The position numbers and the translations under genes were made by a program. This document shows positions 37,835 through 48,159 of a DNA stretch of 64,000 nt, piece by piece. Source of the DNA: an uncultured bacterium (lineage in GTDB: Bacteria; Hydrothermota; UBA3072). Every line of letters begins with the position of its first letter. Positions within the stretch are counted from its first letter, which is position 1. Under the pieces are notes generated by a model that was given only the letters and a program-made list of their open reading frames with translations, was not told the DNA's origin and made no database searches. The stretch is taken from NCBI GenBank assembly GCA_964523975.1, contig CAZGBM010000002.1, positions 1,324 through 65,323 of the forward strand. The letters are read 5' to 3'.

Positions 37835-38701
37835 ATGATTAATAAAAAAAGTTTTGTCTCAATTGTCAAAATTTCATTAGCGCTGGTTTTTTTAGCGGGG
37901 ATTTTTTCTTGCTGTCGTAAAGAAGTAGAAGAAAAATTGATAAGTGTGGACGAATGTCTTACCATGCAACCGGCGCTAAAATTTGACGAAAAAATACCTC
38001 AACGATATACAATAACCTCAACTTTGTATAATAGAGATATGGAGGGAAATATCGTAGGCACTATACAAATAACAGGAAGGTTTACTCGTTTCGTAGAAAG
38101 CGGAGAAGTTCGCTGCAGATGGAGCGATGTTAGAATGACGTCATCTAAGGACACTTTGGGTGAATACCCGGACGGAAAGCCTCTGGATTATATGGAAGGG
38201 TTTTCTTATGTTCTTTCCGGGGAGATACTGAACGAAGATTTTTACAAAGATTTTCCAGAAGAAGACATGACTTATATGAAAACGCTCATCTGGGATACTC
38301 CGTGGATTGAGGTCGCGTATGTCGCTATCGACTCGGCTGAGTATAATAAAACCCTTTTTTCTGCTGACCTGGAAGAGAAAAAAGTTCAAGTGCAGAATTT
38401 TGCATTGTTGAAAATGAAAAATTTAAAATTGAAATGGGTTGGTATTTCAAAGAGAAATGATGAGATATGTGCCTTGATAGAATTTAAATCCCTTTCGAAT
38501 CCCGTAGAATCAAAATCAAAAGAATTGAGCGTTAAAGGCAGATCCTGTTATTGGGGTAGCTTTTGGGTGTCGTTGGATGATCACCAGGTTGAATATGCCG
38601 AATTCAATGAAGATGTTATAATGGAAATGACTTTACCTGGTTTTCCTAATGGGCAATTATTGAACATGCAGAGGGAAGTAGCGTTTAATAGGATGAGATA
38701 A
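37835..38701 (+). CDS. hypothetical lipoprotein
   Basis: Signal peptide with a lipobox (GIFSCC). No recognisable domain. Confidence 0.4.
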   Translation: MINKKSFVSIVKISLALVFLAGIFSCCRKEVEEKLISVDECLTMQPALKFDEKIPQRYTITSTLYNRDMEGNIVGTIQITGRFTRFVESGEVRCRWSDVRMTSSKDTLGEYPDGKPLDYMEGFSYVLSGEILNEDFYKDFPEEDMTYMKTLIWDTPWIEVAYVAIDSAEYNKTLFSADLEEKKVQVQNFALLKMKNLKLKWVGISKRNDEICALIEFKSLSNPVESKSKELSVKGRSCYWGSFWVSLDDHQVEYAEFNEDVIMEMTLPGFPNGQLLNMQREVAFNRMR

Positions 38702-38838
38702 AAATTAAAAAATGCAAGGATGAAGAGAAAGTTAATATTCTTTTTGGTAATGCCTTTATTTGTTGTATTCTATTTCAATATTTACTACCAGACTGAAAAA
38801 GAATTTGTTGTTAATGGCTTTCTGGAAAAGGGCGTTTT

Positions 38839-39738
38839 ATGGGTTTATATGGCGGGATAGAAGGCGGTGGGACAAAATTCGTCTGTGCTGTAGGTTCCGG
38901 TCCTAAAGATACACGAGATATATTTCGGCTTAAGACAACATCTCCCGAAGAAACAATTGATAGAATAATTGAATATTTTAGAGAACAGAATAAAAAAGAG
39001 CGATTATCGGCTATCGGTATCGGCTCTTTTGGTCCGGTTGATTTAAATAGAAAATCTCCTACTTATGGGTATATAACGGCTACACCAAAAACCAGCTGGC
39101 AGAATACTAACCTTTTAGGGAAAATTAGAGATGCTTTCAATATTCCTGTAGGGTTTGATACGGATGCGAACGCTGCTGCTTTCGGGGAACACCAATGGGG
39201 TGCAGCCAGAGGACTAACCAATTTCGTTTATCTTACAATCGGATGCGGTGTAGGTGGCGGAGGGATGATAAACGGTGAGCTTTTGCATGGTCTTCAGCAC
39301 CCCGAGATGGGACATATTTTCATTCCGCATGACGACAAGGAGGATCCATACGAAGGAGTATGTCCGTTTCACAAGGATTGCTTCGAGGGTTTGGCATCCG
39401 GTTCATCCATAAAAGCCCGGTGGGGGAAACCGGGAGAAGAATTGAGTGAAGCCCATCCGGCGTGGAAATTGGAAGCAAAATATATTTCGCTTGCTTTGAT
39501 AAACTACATCTGTACTTTGTCTCCCCAGCGTATTATTGTTGGTGGGGGAGTTATGAAACAAAAGAAATTACTACCATTAATACATAAAAGAGTCAGGAAA
39601 AAACTGAACGATTATATTCGAGTGCAGGAAATAACCGAAAATATCGAAAAATATATTGTTTTGCCGGAGTTGGGAGACAGGGCTGGCGCACTCGGCGCTA
39701 TCGCGTTAGCGAAAAGAGAATTCGGGAAACAAAGATAA
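38839..39738 (+). CDS. ROK-family sugar kinase (putative fructokinase/glucokinase)
   Basis: N-terminal GGTKF ATPase motif, a DTDANAAA region and a Zn-site-like GVCPFHKDCFEGLASG. Confidence 0.7.
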   Translation: MGLYGGIEGGGTKFVCAVGSGPKDTRDIFRLKTTSPEETIDRIIEYFREQNKKERLSAIGIGSFGPVDLNRKSPTYGYITATPKTSWQNTNLLGKIRDAFNIPVGFDTDANAAAFGEHQWGAARGLTNFVYLTIGCGVGGGGMINGELLHGLQHPEMGHIFIPHDDKEDPYEGVCPFHKDCFEGLASGSSIKARWGKPGEELSEAHPAWKLEAKYISLALINYICTLSPQRIIVGGGVMKQKKLLPLIHKRVRKKLNDYIRVQEITENIEKYIVLPELGDRAGALGAIALAKREFGKQR

Positions 39739-39994
39739 TAGGATGCAGATAAACGCAGATTGACAGGATTTATTATTGTTTTTTCAAACCCATCGCAACA
39801 CACAACAGTTAACCACTGATTTTCGCAGATAAACACGGATATATTTTACTGGGAAATTAACTTTTTGCCTTTAGTTGTTGGTCTAAAAAAAGAAACTTAT
39901 GCTCTTTTCGTTCTTTAAAATAGTTTTTAAGTTTTGGATGTAGTTGGTGTGGGGTGAAACTAAAAGCAAAAGGCGAACCACTAAGAGTTTAGTT

Positions 39995-40339
39995 TTATAT
40001 ATTTTTTCTTATCTCTTCCAGAGATTTTTTCGCATGGGGAGCCATATCGAAGAATTTGTTAAGTTTTTCGCAAATATAATCTTCACAATAAGCGCAATTT
40101 TTAACAGTTTTCTCTATTGCGCAGGCTCTTATTTCACAAATTCCGCAATAGCCTATATGCCTGCCATTTTTTGACAGACATGCATCGCAGTTTATATCTT
40201 CATTTTTAAAGTCATGTTTAAATTCTTTAGACCACTGCTTTGCGGTTTTCTCTCTCTCGACATCATCGTCATTTTGTGTTGCAATAAAGGCCGGGCAATC
40301 GCTGCATACTAGGCCACAAAAAGCAATTATTTTATCCAT
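39995..40339 (-). CDS. cysteine-rich protein (DUF3795-like)
   Basis: 114 aa with 12 Cys arranged in CxxC pairs. Confidence 0.45.
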   Translation of the reverse strand: MDKIIAFCGLVCSDCPAFIATQNDDDVEREKTAKQWSKEFKHDFKNEDINCDACLSKNGRHIGYCGICEIRACAIEKTVKNCAYCEDYICEKLNKFFDMAPHAKKSLEEIRKNI

Positions 40340-40382
40340 ATTTTTCTCCTTGGATTTACCGGTTGTTTTTTATAAGTATTTT

Positions 40383-40406
40383 GTAATGTTTCACGTGAAA
40401 CATTAC
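40383..40406. promoter_or_regulatory. 24-bp perfect palindrome GTAATGTTTCACGTGAAACATTAC at 3' end of rsmG
   Basis: Perfect dyad with core AATGTTTCACGTGAAACATT, overlapping the rsmG stop codon. A second copy lies at 40951-40970. Confidence 0.5.
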
Positions 40407-40969
40407 CACTCCAGAATTGAAACGATGTTGTTTTTTAGATTTAGTTCGTTTTTGAGGGTGAGTTTGTCTCCGGTGTACTTGCCGTAATATAGAATTCTAT
40501 GACCAGTACCTTTCGGTATTTTGTCCGGATTCAGAGCTCGAACCAGAACCCAATCGTAAGATTCTTCAATATCTTCGGCATTTCGAACGAATTTTTGTAT
40601 GATTTTTATATTTAAATTCAGTAACGATGCGATATACTCGAGGAAAATCACGGGCTTGTGTTTTGATTCTGCCAGGTGGAGTATTATACCGGGCTTGAAA
40701 ATTTTTAAAGGAATTCCTGCGATTCCCCCTCCTGCTCCGAAATCAAGTATTTTTTCGTCGTCTTTGATCATTTCGTAAGGGATAAGAGAGGGCAAAAGAA
40801 GCTTTTTTAAAACATCCTCTTTTTTTAGTTTTCGTGAGATAAGATTTATTTTTTTGTTCCATAGAATAAGTTCTTCGAGATATAATAAAAGCTTATCAAT
40901 TTTTCCGTTGGTTGTTTCTATGTTAAGTTCTTTTAAAGATTCCTCAAGAAAATGTTTCACGTGAAACAT
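40403..40969 (-). CDS. rsmG: 16S rRNA (guanine527-N7)-methyltransferase RsmG/GidB
   Basis: SAM-binding motif LDFGAGGGIAGIPL. Length 188 aa. Confidence 0.85.
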   Translation of the reverse strand: MFHVKHFLEESLKELNIETTNGKIDKLLLYLEELILWNKKINLISRKLKKEDVLKKLLLPSLIPYEMIKDDEKILDFGAGGGIAGIPLKIFKPGIILHLAESKHKPVIFLEYIASLLNLNIKIIQKFVRNAEDIEESYDWVLVRALNPDKIPKGTGHRILYYGKYTGDKLTLKNELNLKNNIVSILEW

Positions 40970-40970
40970 T
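40951..40970. promoter_or_regulatory. 20-bp perfect palindrome AATGTTTCACGTGAAACATT overlapping rsmG start codon
   Basis: Identical core to the palindrome at 40385-40404. Overlaps the stop codon of the upstream 127-aa gene and encodes MFHVKH of RsmG. Confidence 0.5.
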
Positions 40971-41352
40971 AATAGTATATTTTGAAAGAAAGCGTGGTTT
41001 TGACAGAACCCATTTGATCAAGAGAGAGATCGCTTTCGAAATTGTAAAGCTGTGCGTCTACATAGGCGTCTAAAATACCTAAGGTCCAGACCAATGCCAT
41101 CCACCAGCCAATTTGCCCTCTTTGATTAAGGAGATTTTGTTTTTCTTCTGGTAATGCGCTGATATCTCTTTCTATTTCGTTTAATCTAATTTGTGTCTGT
41201 ACTTCTTTGTATAAAAGATAAGACTGGGCACCTCCTATTATAATGCCCTTGACGTATCTCTCGGTGTAAAATTGCCCGCCACCCGGGACAAACGTTGTAA
41301 GCAACATTGCTGTTTTCGCAGATTTTGCAAGCAATAAAAATATATAAATCAT
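40969..41352 (-). CDS. hypothetical membrane protein
   Basis: 127-aa ORF between mutS2 and rsmG, co-oriented with both. No recognisable domain. Confidence 0.4.
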   Translation of the reverse strand: MIYIFLLLAKSAKTAMLLTTFVPGGGQFYTERYVKGIIIGGAQSYLLYKEVQTQIRLNEIERDISALPEEKQNLLNQRGQIGWWMALVWTLGILDAYVDAQLYNFESDLSLDQMGSVKTTLSFKIYY

Positions 41353-41353
41353 T

Positions 41354-43471
41354 TCATTTAAGAACGGCTATGGTAACGCCTTCTCCTCCTTCAAAGTGTG
41401 GTGGAGTTTCTATGCCTTTTACCCTTCTGTCCTTTTTTAGTTTTTCGCAAAGCATATTGCGTAATATCCAGCTCCCTTTTCCGTGAAGTATTCTTACTGA
41501 ATTATAATTCGCAAGGATTGCTTTGTCAAGAAATTTGTCGGTAGCTTCCCAGGCATCTTCTTTTGTCATTCCGCGGACTGAAATTTCTAACGGAACGTCC
41601 ATATCTACATTATAGTTGATTCTCGATGGTTTTGGTGAGTGTTTGAGGGACTTCACGCCGTTTTTTTTCTCTTTAGGGGAGGCGCCGGCGAAGGCTTTTT
41701 TGTATTTTGTTATTGATTCTTTGGAAGCTTTTGACTCTTTTATTTCTTTTATGGTTTTTTCGACTGTTGCGCGTGCCCCGGTTAATATATCCGATGCTTT
41801 TTCTTTTGCTTCCTTGAGAATTTTTTTCTCTTCTTCTTTGACATTTTTTATTTTTTTGTCGTATTCTTTCTTTAATTCGGAAAACTCTCTTTTAAGGTTA
41901 AGTATTTCTTGTTCTTGTTCTCGCAACTTTTTGTTTCTTAGAGAAAGTTCTTCTATTAAATTTTCAACCTCAAAAATTTCAGAGTCTACGAAATTTTTTG
42001 CCTCGTCGATAATTTGTTGCGGCAGACCGAACTTCTCGGCAGTTGCTATCGCTTTTGAACCTCCGGGGATTCCGATTTGTAAATGATAGGTCGGGCCGTT
42101 TTCATATTCCATCGCGCCGTTAATCATCCCTTCTTGTTCTTCAACATAAAATTTCAATGGGCTTAGATGGGTTGCTGCAATAACAAGGCTTTCTTTGGAT
42201 TTTAATGTGTTAAGCAAAGCAATCGAGAGAGCGCTTCCCTCAACCGGATCTGTATTGCCTCCGAGTTCGTCCAGCAGTATAAGGTTTTTATCATCTGCCT
42301 CGCTCAGAATTTTTTTAAGTCTAACGATGTATGATGAAAAAGAAGATAGGTTTTCTTCCATTGACTGCTCGTCTTCTATGATCCCTGATATGTTTGTAAA
42401 AGAGCCGATTTTTGTTCCTTCTTTTGCCGGGATAGGGATTCCGGCTAACGAGGACAGGACATTTATACCCACATTTTTAAGCAGTACGGTTTTTCCGCCT
42501 GCGTTTGGACCGCTGATAAGCAGAATTCTCTCATTTGTTCCGAGTTCCAGGTCGATAGGTTCGACATTTTCTTTTTCTCCGAGCAAAAGAGGATGGTAGC
42601 ATTCTTTTAATATTAAATCGCTGCCTTCCGTGAATTCGGGGATGATACATTTGAATTCCTCAGCGTACTTGTTTCTCGACTTGAGCGAGTCTATCTTTAT
42701 CAATATACTGGTGTTTTTGTCGATAGAAGGGAAGTTTTCCTTTATTTCTCCGGTTAGATATTGTAAAATTCTTTTCTTTTCTATATCTATATCTTTTTCC
42801 AACTCCGCAACTCTGTTGTTAAGCGTGACTATTGCGCTTGGTTCTATGAAAGCCGTATTCTGAGTACGGGAAAGGTCCACCATTATTCCTTCTATTTCGT
42901 CTTTTCTCTCGTATTTAACAAGCAGAACTGTTCTACCCAGGCGGGTTGTTATAATTTTATCCTGTAGGAGATTTTCTTTTTCTTTTAATAATTCATTGAG
43001 TTTTTTTTCGATTTTATCGGTAGCGGACGACTTTTCGTTGTAAAGGGATTTTAACAAAGGAGTAGAGGATGGTTTGACAACCCCTGTTTCGTCTATGTAT
43101 CTGTTTATTTCTTCCCTGAGAGGCAAAATAGGATTAAGGGCACCGGCTAATTCTTCAAGTGTTTTGTTGTCTCTGAGAACATTTTTGACTTCTTCGGATA
43201 AATCCAATAATTTTCTATAATAAAGGAGTTCTTCTCCTGATAATATTTCCCCTCTTTCCGGGGCTCTTTCTCTTTTTAAAATATGTAGACCGGGAATGAG
43301 ATGTATGATTTGTTTGCTTTCCGCAAGTTGCTTAAAGGCAAGCAGCCTGTCTTGTTTCGAAATATTTGGCGTTAAGCTTAAAACTGCGGCTCTGCCGGGG
43401 TCCGATTCGGCGTACACGGAGATCTTTTCCAGAAGTACATTTAATCCTATCATGTTTGATAGGGCTTTCAT
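41354..43471 (-). CDS. mutS2: endonuclease MutS2
   Basis: MutS ATPase Walker A motif ISGPNAGGKT, a long coiled coil and a C-terminal Smr domain. Confidence 0.85.
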   Translation of the reverse strand: MKALSNMIGLNVLLEKISVYAESDPGRAAVLSLTPNISKQDRLLAFKQLAESKQIIHLIPGLHILKRERAPERGEILSGEELLYYRKLLDLSEEVKNVLRDNKTLEELAGALNPILPLREEINRYIDETGVVKPSSTPLLKSLYNEKSSATDKIEKKLNELLKEKENLLQDKIITTRLGRTVLLVKYERKDEIEGIMVDLSRTQNTAFIEPSAIVTLNNRVAELEKDIDIEKKRILQYLTGEIKENFPSIDKNTSILIKIDSLKSRNKYAEEFKCIIPEFTEGSDLILKECYHPLLLGEKENVEPIDLELGTNERILLISGPNAGGKTVLLKNVGINVLSSLAGIPIPAKEGTKIGSFTNISGIIEDEQSMEENLSSFSSYIVRLKKILSEADDKNLILLDELGGNTDPVEGSALSIALLNTLKSKESLVIAATHLSPLKFYVEEQEGMINGAMEYENGPTYHLQIGIPGGSKAIATAEKFGLPQQIIDEAKNFVDSEIFEVENLIEELSLRNKKLREQEQEILNLKREFSELKKEYDKKIKNVKEEEKKILKEAKEKASDILTGARATVEKTIKEIKESKASKESITKYKKAFAGASPKEKKNGVKSLKHSPKPSRINYNVDMDVPLEISVRGMTKEDAWEATDKFLDKAILANYNSVRILHGKGSWILRNMLCEKLKKDRRVKGIETPPHFEGGEGVTIAVLK

Positions 43472-43475
43472 TGTA

Positions 43476-43997
43476 TTATATCGTATTCGCCCTAGACCTT
43501 TCTTTTTCGATTTCCTGTGGTCCGGGTATTGGAGATTTCTCTTTATATTGGTTAAGGCCCTTCATTTTTCTTGTCACAAAATCTTCTAAGGGAGGTCGCG
43601 CAATAAGGGCCAATTTGTAAAAAACACAATTGCTTAATTTGCTTTTTGGACCTTCGATAGGAATAAGACTGATAATCAGGAAGAGTAATATTACAATAAT
43701 CAAACCTTTGGCAGCACCTATTACTGCGCCGAGCGTTCGGTCAAAAAAGGCAAGAGGTGTTTTATGGATAATTTTTGATAAGATGGATAGAGAAATGCTG
43801 ATTGCGAAAAAATATGCGAGAAAACTTACTACATACTTCATTCCGCCTATATCTAAGCTTAAGGGGAGATACATAGCCAGAATAAAAGAAACTATTAATC
43901 CGCCAATTTCCGAAACTTCAATAATAAAACCTTTTATCGTTCCTAGGAGACAAAAGCCGAAGATTGGTACAAGAGATACAAAATCAAATAAATTCAT
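43476..43997 (-). CDS. cvpA: CvpA (colicin V production) family membrane protein
   Basis: Four-TM small membrane protein matching the CvpA pattern. Lies upstream of mutS2, as in many genomes. Confidence 0.6.
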   Translation of the reverse strand: MNLFDFVSLVPIFGFCLLGTIKGFIIEVSEIGGLIVSFILAMYLPLSLDIGGMKYVVSFLAYFFAISISLSILSKIIHKTPLAFFDRTLGAVIGAAKGLIIVILLFLIISLIPIEGPKSKLSNCVFYKLALIARPPLEDFVTRKMKGLNQYKEKSPIPGPQEIEKERSRANTI

Positions 43998-44070
43998 TTT
44001 AATATATTTAAAAATGTTTTTATTAGGATACTAAAATAAACTATATCGGCAACCGGTAACTTACTTTTGG

Positions 44071-44259
44071 CTAATAACTTCTTCTCGGTTTGCCGGCTTC
44101 TTTTCTCTTTCTCTGCCTCTTTTCGCTTGGCTTTTCGTAATGTTGATGCTTTTTGATTTCGCTTCTTATTTTTTCTTTCTCACACAGCCGTTTAAATCGT
44201 TTGAATGCTTTTTCAAAAGGCTCCCCTTCTTTAATTATTACTCCTGGCAAAAAAAACAC
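44071..44259 (-). CDS. rpsU: 30S ribosomal protein S21
   Basis: Carries the S21 consensus [19 protein letters not shown]...[15 protein letters not shown]. Confidence 0.75.
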   Translation of the reverse strand: MFFLPGVIIKEGEPFEKAFKRFKRLCEKEKIRSEIKKHQHYEKPSEKRQRKRKEAGKPRRSY

Positions 44260-44616
44260 ACCTCCTTTAAAGGTTTTAACTTTTTTATTTTTTACACATT
44301 ATATTTTTTACTTTCGTAACCGATTGAATTATAATATAAAAAAACTACAAGTCAAGCCCTTTTGTGTTTGTGTATCAAAAATCTTAGTGGGTTTTCGGCA
44401 TTGATATTCGGGAACATATGATTTGTTATTTTTTTTAGTTTGTTGGGTCGTTAGGTGGTTGAACAGTAAAAACAAAAGAGAAAAAAGGTAGGGGAGTGGT
44501 GGGGTGTTGCATTCTCTGCCTGCCCCGTAGGGAAGAATGACCGTATCGGGGTGTCTCTGCTGTGAAAGAAAGTTTTGAAATTTGCTTTTTAATTTTGCGG
44601 TTAACGACCTCTTATT

Positions 44617-45714
44617 TTACTTCGATACTTTCATATAGATTTTCTCGAGTTCGTTTATTTGTTTTTCGAGGGTAAATTTTTCCTCTATTATTTTTCTTCC
44701 CAGTTTTCCCATTTTCTCTCGCAGTTCTGTATTTTTTATAAGCCAATTTAATTTTTCCGTGATGGCATCGACATTTTTTTCCGGAACAAGGAAACCGGTT
44801 TCTCCATTTATCACCAGTTCTGGAATTCCTGCATGAAACGTCGATACAACAGGTAAACCGGTAGCCATAGCTTCTTTTATTGTATGTGGAATGCACTCTT
44901 TGTCTCCTCTTCTTGAAGTAGTATTCGGAGATAAAAATATATCATTCCGGCCCATCTCTTCCGGGATGTCGTTGGGTGCTTTTGGCCCCAGAAAAATCAC
45001 TTTATCCTGAATGTTTAGTCCTTCAACCAGTGATTTTAATTTTTTTTCCACAATTCCGCCCCCGATAATTCTAAGCTCTAAATTATTGTGTATAGGTAGA
45101 AGATTGTGGAAGGCTTTTATCCCGTAGGGAAAACCTTTCTTTTCTACAAATCTACCGCACATCAGTATTCTTACAGTATTTTCATTCTTTTTTTTGTTTT
45201 TACAAAATTTGAATTTATTGATATCTATTCCACCGTAAACGACAAGAATTTTGTCTTTATTGCAGCCAAGATTTACCACATCTTTTTTCATGTCTTCCGA
45301 GCATACAAGGAACAGATCTCCTTCTACGAATAACCTCCTCAATCTTTTACGATAGATCGGATTCCCGGGTCTTTCGGATACATCCAATCCATGAAAACTT
45401 GTTATTAGCGGAAGGTTTAATTTTTTACAAATATGCAATATCTTCATCCCTCCATCAGCCATGAAAGCGCGGACGAGTTTAACTTTATTCTGTATTAATA
45501 TGTCTTCAAAGAAAGATTTTTTCTTAATAATTTTCGAACTGGATGAATCTGCACCGGAGAAAACTTTCAGCTTGGGAGTCCGATATGCGAAGCTGCCTAC
45601 CATCTCCGTAAGTATTATGGGTTCAAATTCTTTTAAACCTCTGATTTCCTCGTATATAAAAGTTTTAAATCCCGCGTATTTTTTTACATAATTGGCTACT
45701 TTTATTCTTTCCAT
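44617..45714 (-). CDS. glycosyltransferase family 4
   Basis: GT-B fold with the C-terminal EX7E-type motif (ETGFLVP). Length 365 aa. Confidence 0.75.
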   Translation of the reverse strand: MERIKVANYVKKYAGFKTFIYEEIRGLKEFEPIILTEMVGSFAYRTPKLKVFSGADSSSSKIIKKKSFFEDILIQNKVKLVRAFMADGGMKILHICKKLNLPLITSFHGLDVSERPGNPIYRKRLRRLFVEGDLFLVCSEDMKKDVVNLGCNKDKILVVYGGIDINKFKFCKNKKKNENTVRILMCGRFVEKKGFPYGIKAFHNLLPIHNNLELRIIGGGIVEKKLKSLVEGLNIQDKVIFLGPKAPNDIPEEMGRNDIFLSPNTTSRRGDKECIPHTIKEAMATGLPVVSTFHAGIPELVINGETGFLVPEKNVDAITEKLNWLIKNTELREKMGKLGRKIIEEKFTLEKQINELEKIYMKVSK

Positions 45715-45786
45715 TTGAAAATAAAAAAGGGATCGAACGAAATGATTTCGCCCAATCCCTCTTTTTATTTACTTAAAAGGTCACCC

Positions 45787-46275
45787 TTACTTTATCTGTT
45801 TCAGGTCTTCTTCTATCGCCTGAAGGTCTTCTTCGTGTTCGACTTCGTCCGCGAGTATCGATTCTACCATATTGGAAGTAACAAGATCTTTATCACCCAG
45901 GAAGTCACGAAGCTTGCTGTAAACTTCTATCGCGCACTGCTCTCCTTTTATGTTCTGCTCGACTATTTTCTTTACTTTGGGGTCGCCGGGAGCATCGTAA
46001 CCGCAATTGGTCATTTTATACCAGTCTTCCGGTTTGAGAATCGGAACGCCGCCAAGCTGGATTATCCTGTCCACGAGCATCCCTGCGTGTCGCAGCTCAT
46101 CTCCTGCATGTTCGACCAGTTCCGCTACAACGGCTCCTCTCATCGGACCGACAATCACTTTAGAACCTATCCAGTATTGATAATAAGCAAGCCACTCGTC
46201 TGCCAGAGCTTTATTGAGCAACTCGATAAGTTTTTTTATATCAACTCCTACGATTTCTCTTCCTTTCGTGCCCAT
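45787..46275 (-). CDS. ferritin-like diiron protein (Dps/bacterioferritin-like)
   Basis: Ferritin-like four-helix ligand pattern (ELVEHAGDELRH ... EVEHEEDL). Start taken at MGTKG, just downstream of an AGGAGG RBS; the ORF track extends to 46419. Confidence 0.55.
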   Translation of the reverse strand: MGTKGREIVGVDIKKLIELLNKALADEWLAYYQYWIGSKVIVGPMRGAVVAELVEHAGDELRHAGMLVDRIIQLGGVPILKPEDWYKMTNCGYDAPGDPKVKKIVEQNIKGEQCAIEVYSKLRDFLGDKDLVTSNMVESILADEVEHEEDLQAIEEDLKQIK

Positions 46276-46651
46276 CTTTCCTCCTTTTTTGGGATTTTCT
46301 TTTCCGTTTAGTATGATGACTAAATAAGACAATTTGTCAACCCTCCGCACTAAGAAAATTGCCACAGAGACACAGAGAGCACAGAGAAAAAACATATTAT
46401 TTGTGTTAAAAATTTCCACCCTACAACACCAAATATTTAGACAGGATTAACACATACGATTAAATTGTTGGTCTGTTAGTCCGTTGGTCTGTTAAAAAAA
46501 CACACCAACTCACTAACACGCTAACTAAAGAAGTTATTGACATATTTTACAATCAAGATATAATTATACAGAAATTAAGAAGAGAAAGAAAGAACCAATG
46601 TGGTTTCTTTCTAATATGATAAATAAGGAGTGAAAAACTAAAGAATTAATT

Positions 46652-47707
46652 ATGGGCGATAAATTAAATTTAACGAGTCCGGCCATTTTTATTGGAAAAC
46701 AGGGAAGCGGAGTTATCAGCTTTGGTTCAGGACAACCAGATCTCCCCCCTCCAAGAGAGGCTATAGAAGGCATTGATATCAGACATGACCTCAGGTATGG
46801 ACTCATTCAGGGTTGTACAGAATTAAGAATATCATTAGCGAATGAATATCCTTCTTCCTCTGCTGAAAATTTTGTAATTACAAATGGTGCATCAGAAGCT
46901 CTGGATTTAATTTTCAGAGCTATGGATAACGGCAAGGTTCTATTACCGCGACCTTATTATTACTCGTATCCCCCGATTCTGAGATACGCAGGAATGCAAC
47001 CGGTTTATACCAATTTAAAGCAGGGTAGAATGGACATTGACGATTTCAGGAAAAAAATAAAAGGCTGCAAGGCAGTCTTAATAAATTCGCCCTCCAATCC
47101 CACCGGCAGAATCGAAGCTATCGATACGTTAAAAGAAATAGAAGCAGTTACAGAAAAACTGGGTATATATGTCGTTTCTGATGAAGTTTACAAAGATATC
47201 ATTTACGAGAGAGAAAACTACATAATCAAAGGCAGCCACGTAATTACCGTAAATTCTTTTTCGAAAACTTACGCAATGTGCGGAGTTCGCGTTGGCTACT
47301 TATGGAGTCCCGACCAGAAATTCGTAAATAAAATAATAGAAATGAAGACCCATACTTCCATGAATACCAATCTCGTCGGACAGGATATGGCTTTGAAAGC
47401 AATGAAAAGCCCAAAATCATATGTAGTTCGACAACTGGAGATATGGAGAAAGAGAAGAGACATAATATACAAGGAACTAAAGGACATGGGACTTGATCTC
47501 TGGAAACCGGAAGGAGCTTTTTATGTACTGCCAAAAGTCCCTCAACCTAAAAAGTTCGCGACCAAGCTTTATACTGACTATAAAGTAATAGTATATTTGG
47601 GCAGCTGGTTTGGAGCTCCCTCAAGAATCCGTCTCAGCTACGCTCTTGATGAAAAAGAGATGAAAGAGGGATTAAACAGAATAAAGGACTGCCTGAACAA
47701 AATTTAA
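46652..47707 (+). CDS. PLP-dependent aminotransferase class I/II
   Basis: Contains the NSPSNPTG and SFSKTYAMCGVRVGY (Lys) motifs. Confidence 0.8.
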   Translation: MGDKLNLTSPAIFIGKQGSGVISFGSGQPDLPPPREAIEGIDIRHDLRYGLIQGCTELRISLANEYPSSSAENFVITNGASEALDLIFRAMDNGKVLLPRPYYYSYPPILRYAGMQPVYTNLKQGRMDIDDFRKKIKGCKAVLINSPSNPTGRIEAIDTLKEIEAVTEKLGIYVVSDEVYKDIIYERENYIIKGSHVITVNSFSKTYAMCGVRVGYLWSPDQKFVNKIIEMKTHTSMNTNLVGQDMALKAMKSPKSYVVRQLEIWRKRRDIIYKELKDMGLDLWKPEGAFYVLPKVPQPKKFATKLYTDYKVIVYLGSWFGAPSRIRLSYALDEKEMKEGLNRIKDCLNKI

Positions 47708-47919
47708 CTCCCAACCAAATAAGGCTTTTCCCCTTAACTATTAGCAAATACCCTATAACTTCCCTCAACTTACTGCAGTCATCGGACTTCTGTTTTTTTG
47801 ACTAACGACTCGTGACTCATGACACGTGACTGATTTTAGATTCGGAAAATCTAAAATCCCCCCTTGACAAATCCGTAAACTTGTTTATAATATAAACTAA
47901 ACTATACTATAAACCGGAG

Positions 47920-48159
47920 GTGAATATGATAGTTAAAAAAATAATAGATAAGTGTCCGATAGAATCGAATTTCGTAAAGCTGGTTTTTGGGGCGGTTATT
48001 GCAGCTTTGCTGGTATCTCTTGGTATGATTAGCGTATTGAAGTTGTTCGGTTTTTCGGTTAATCCTGTAATCCCATCGGTATTTGCCTCGATTGGTGCTG
48101 CTCTCTATGCTGCAGGGGTAAGAAAAGAAGAAAGAAAATGCAGGCAAAGGGAGAGGTAG
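47920..48159 (+). CDS. small hypothetical membrane protein
   Basis: 79 aa with two predicted TM helices. A GGAGGT RBS lies upstream. First gene of a three-gene cluster that ends in a wHTH regulator. Confidence 0.35.
   Translation: MNMIVKKIIDKCPIESNFVKLVFGAVIAALLVSLGMISVLKLFGFSVNPVIPSVFASIGAALYAAGVRKEERKCRQRER

Noticed and set aside
44260-44616. Possible tRNA or ncRNA gene in the long rpsU-GT4 intergenic region
   Set aside because: No cloverleaf-compatible T-arm (GTTCRANYC) or anticodon stem pattern was found by eye. The GC-rich stretch ggggagtggtggggtg...ctgccccgtaggg does not fold into a tRNA.
45787-46419. Long N-terminal extension of the ferritin-like ORF (MEIFNTNNMFFLCALC...)
   Set aside because: A strong AGGAGG RBS sits directly before the internal MGTKG start, and the extension is hydrophobic junk. 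The start was moved to 46275.
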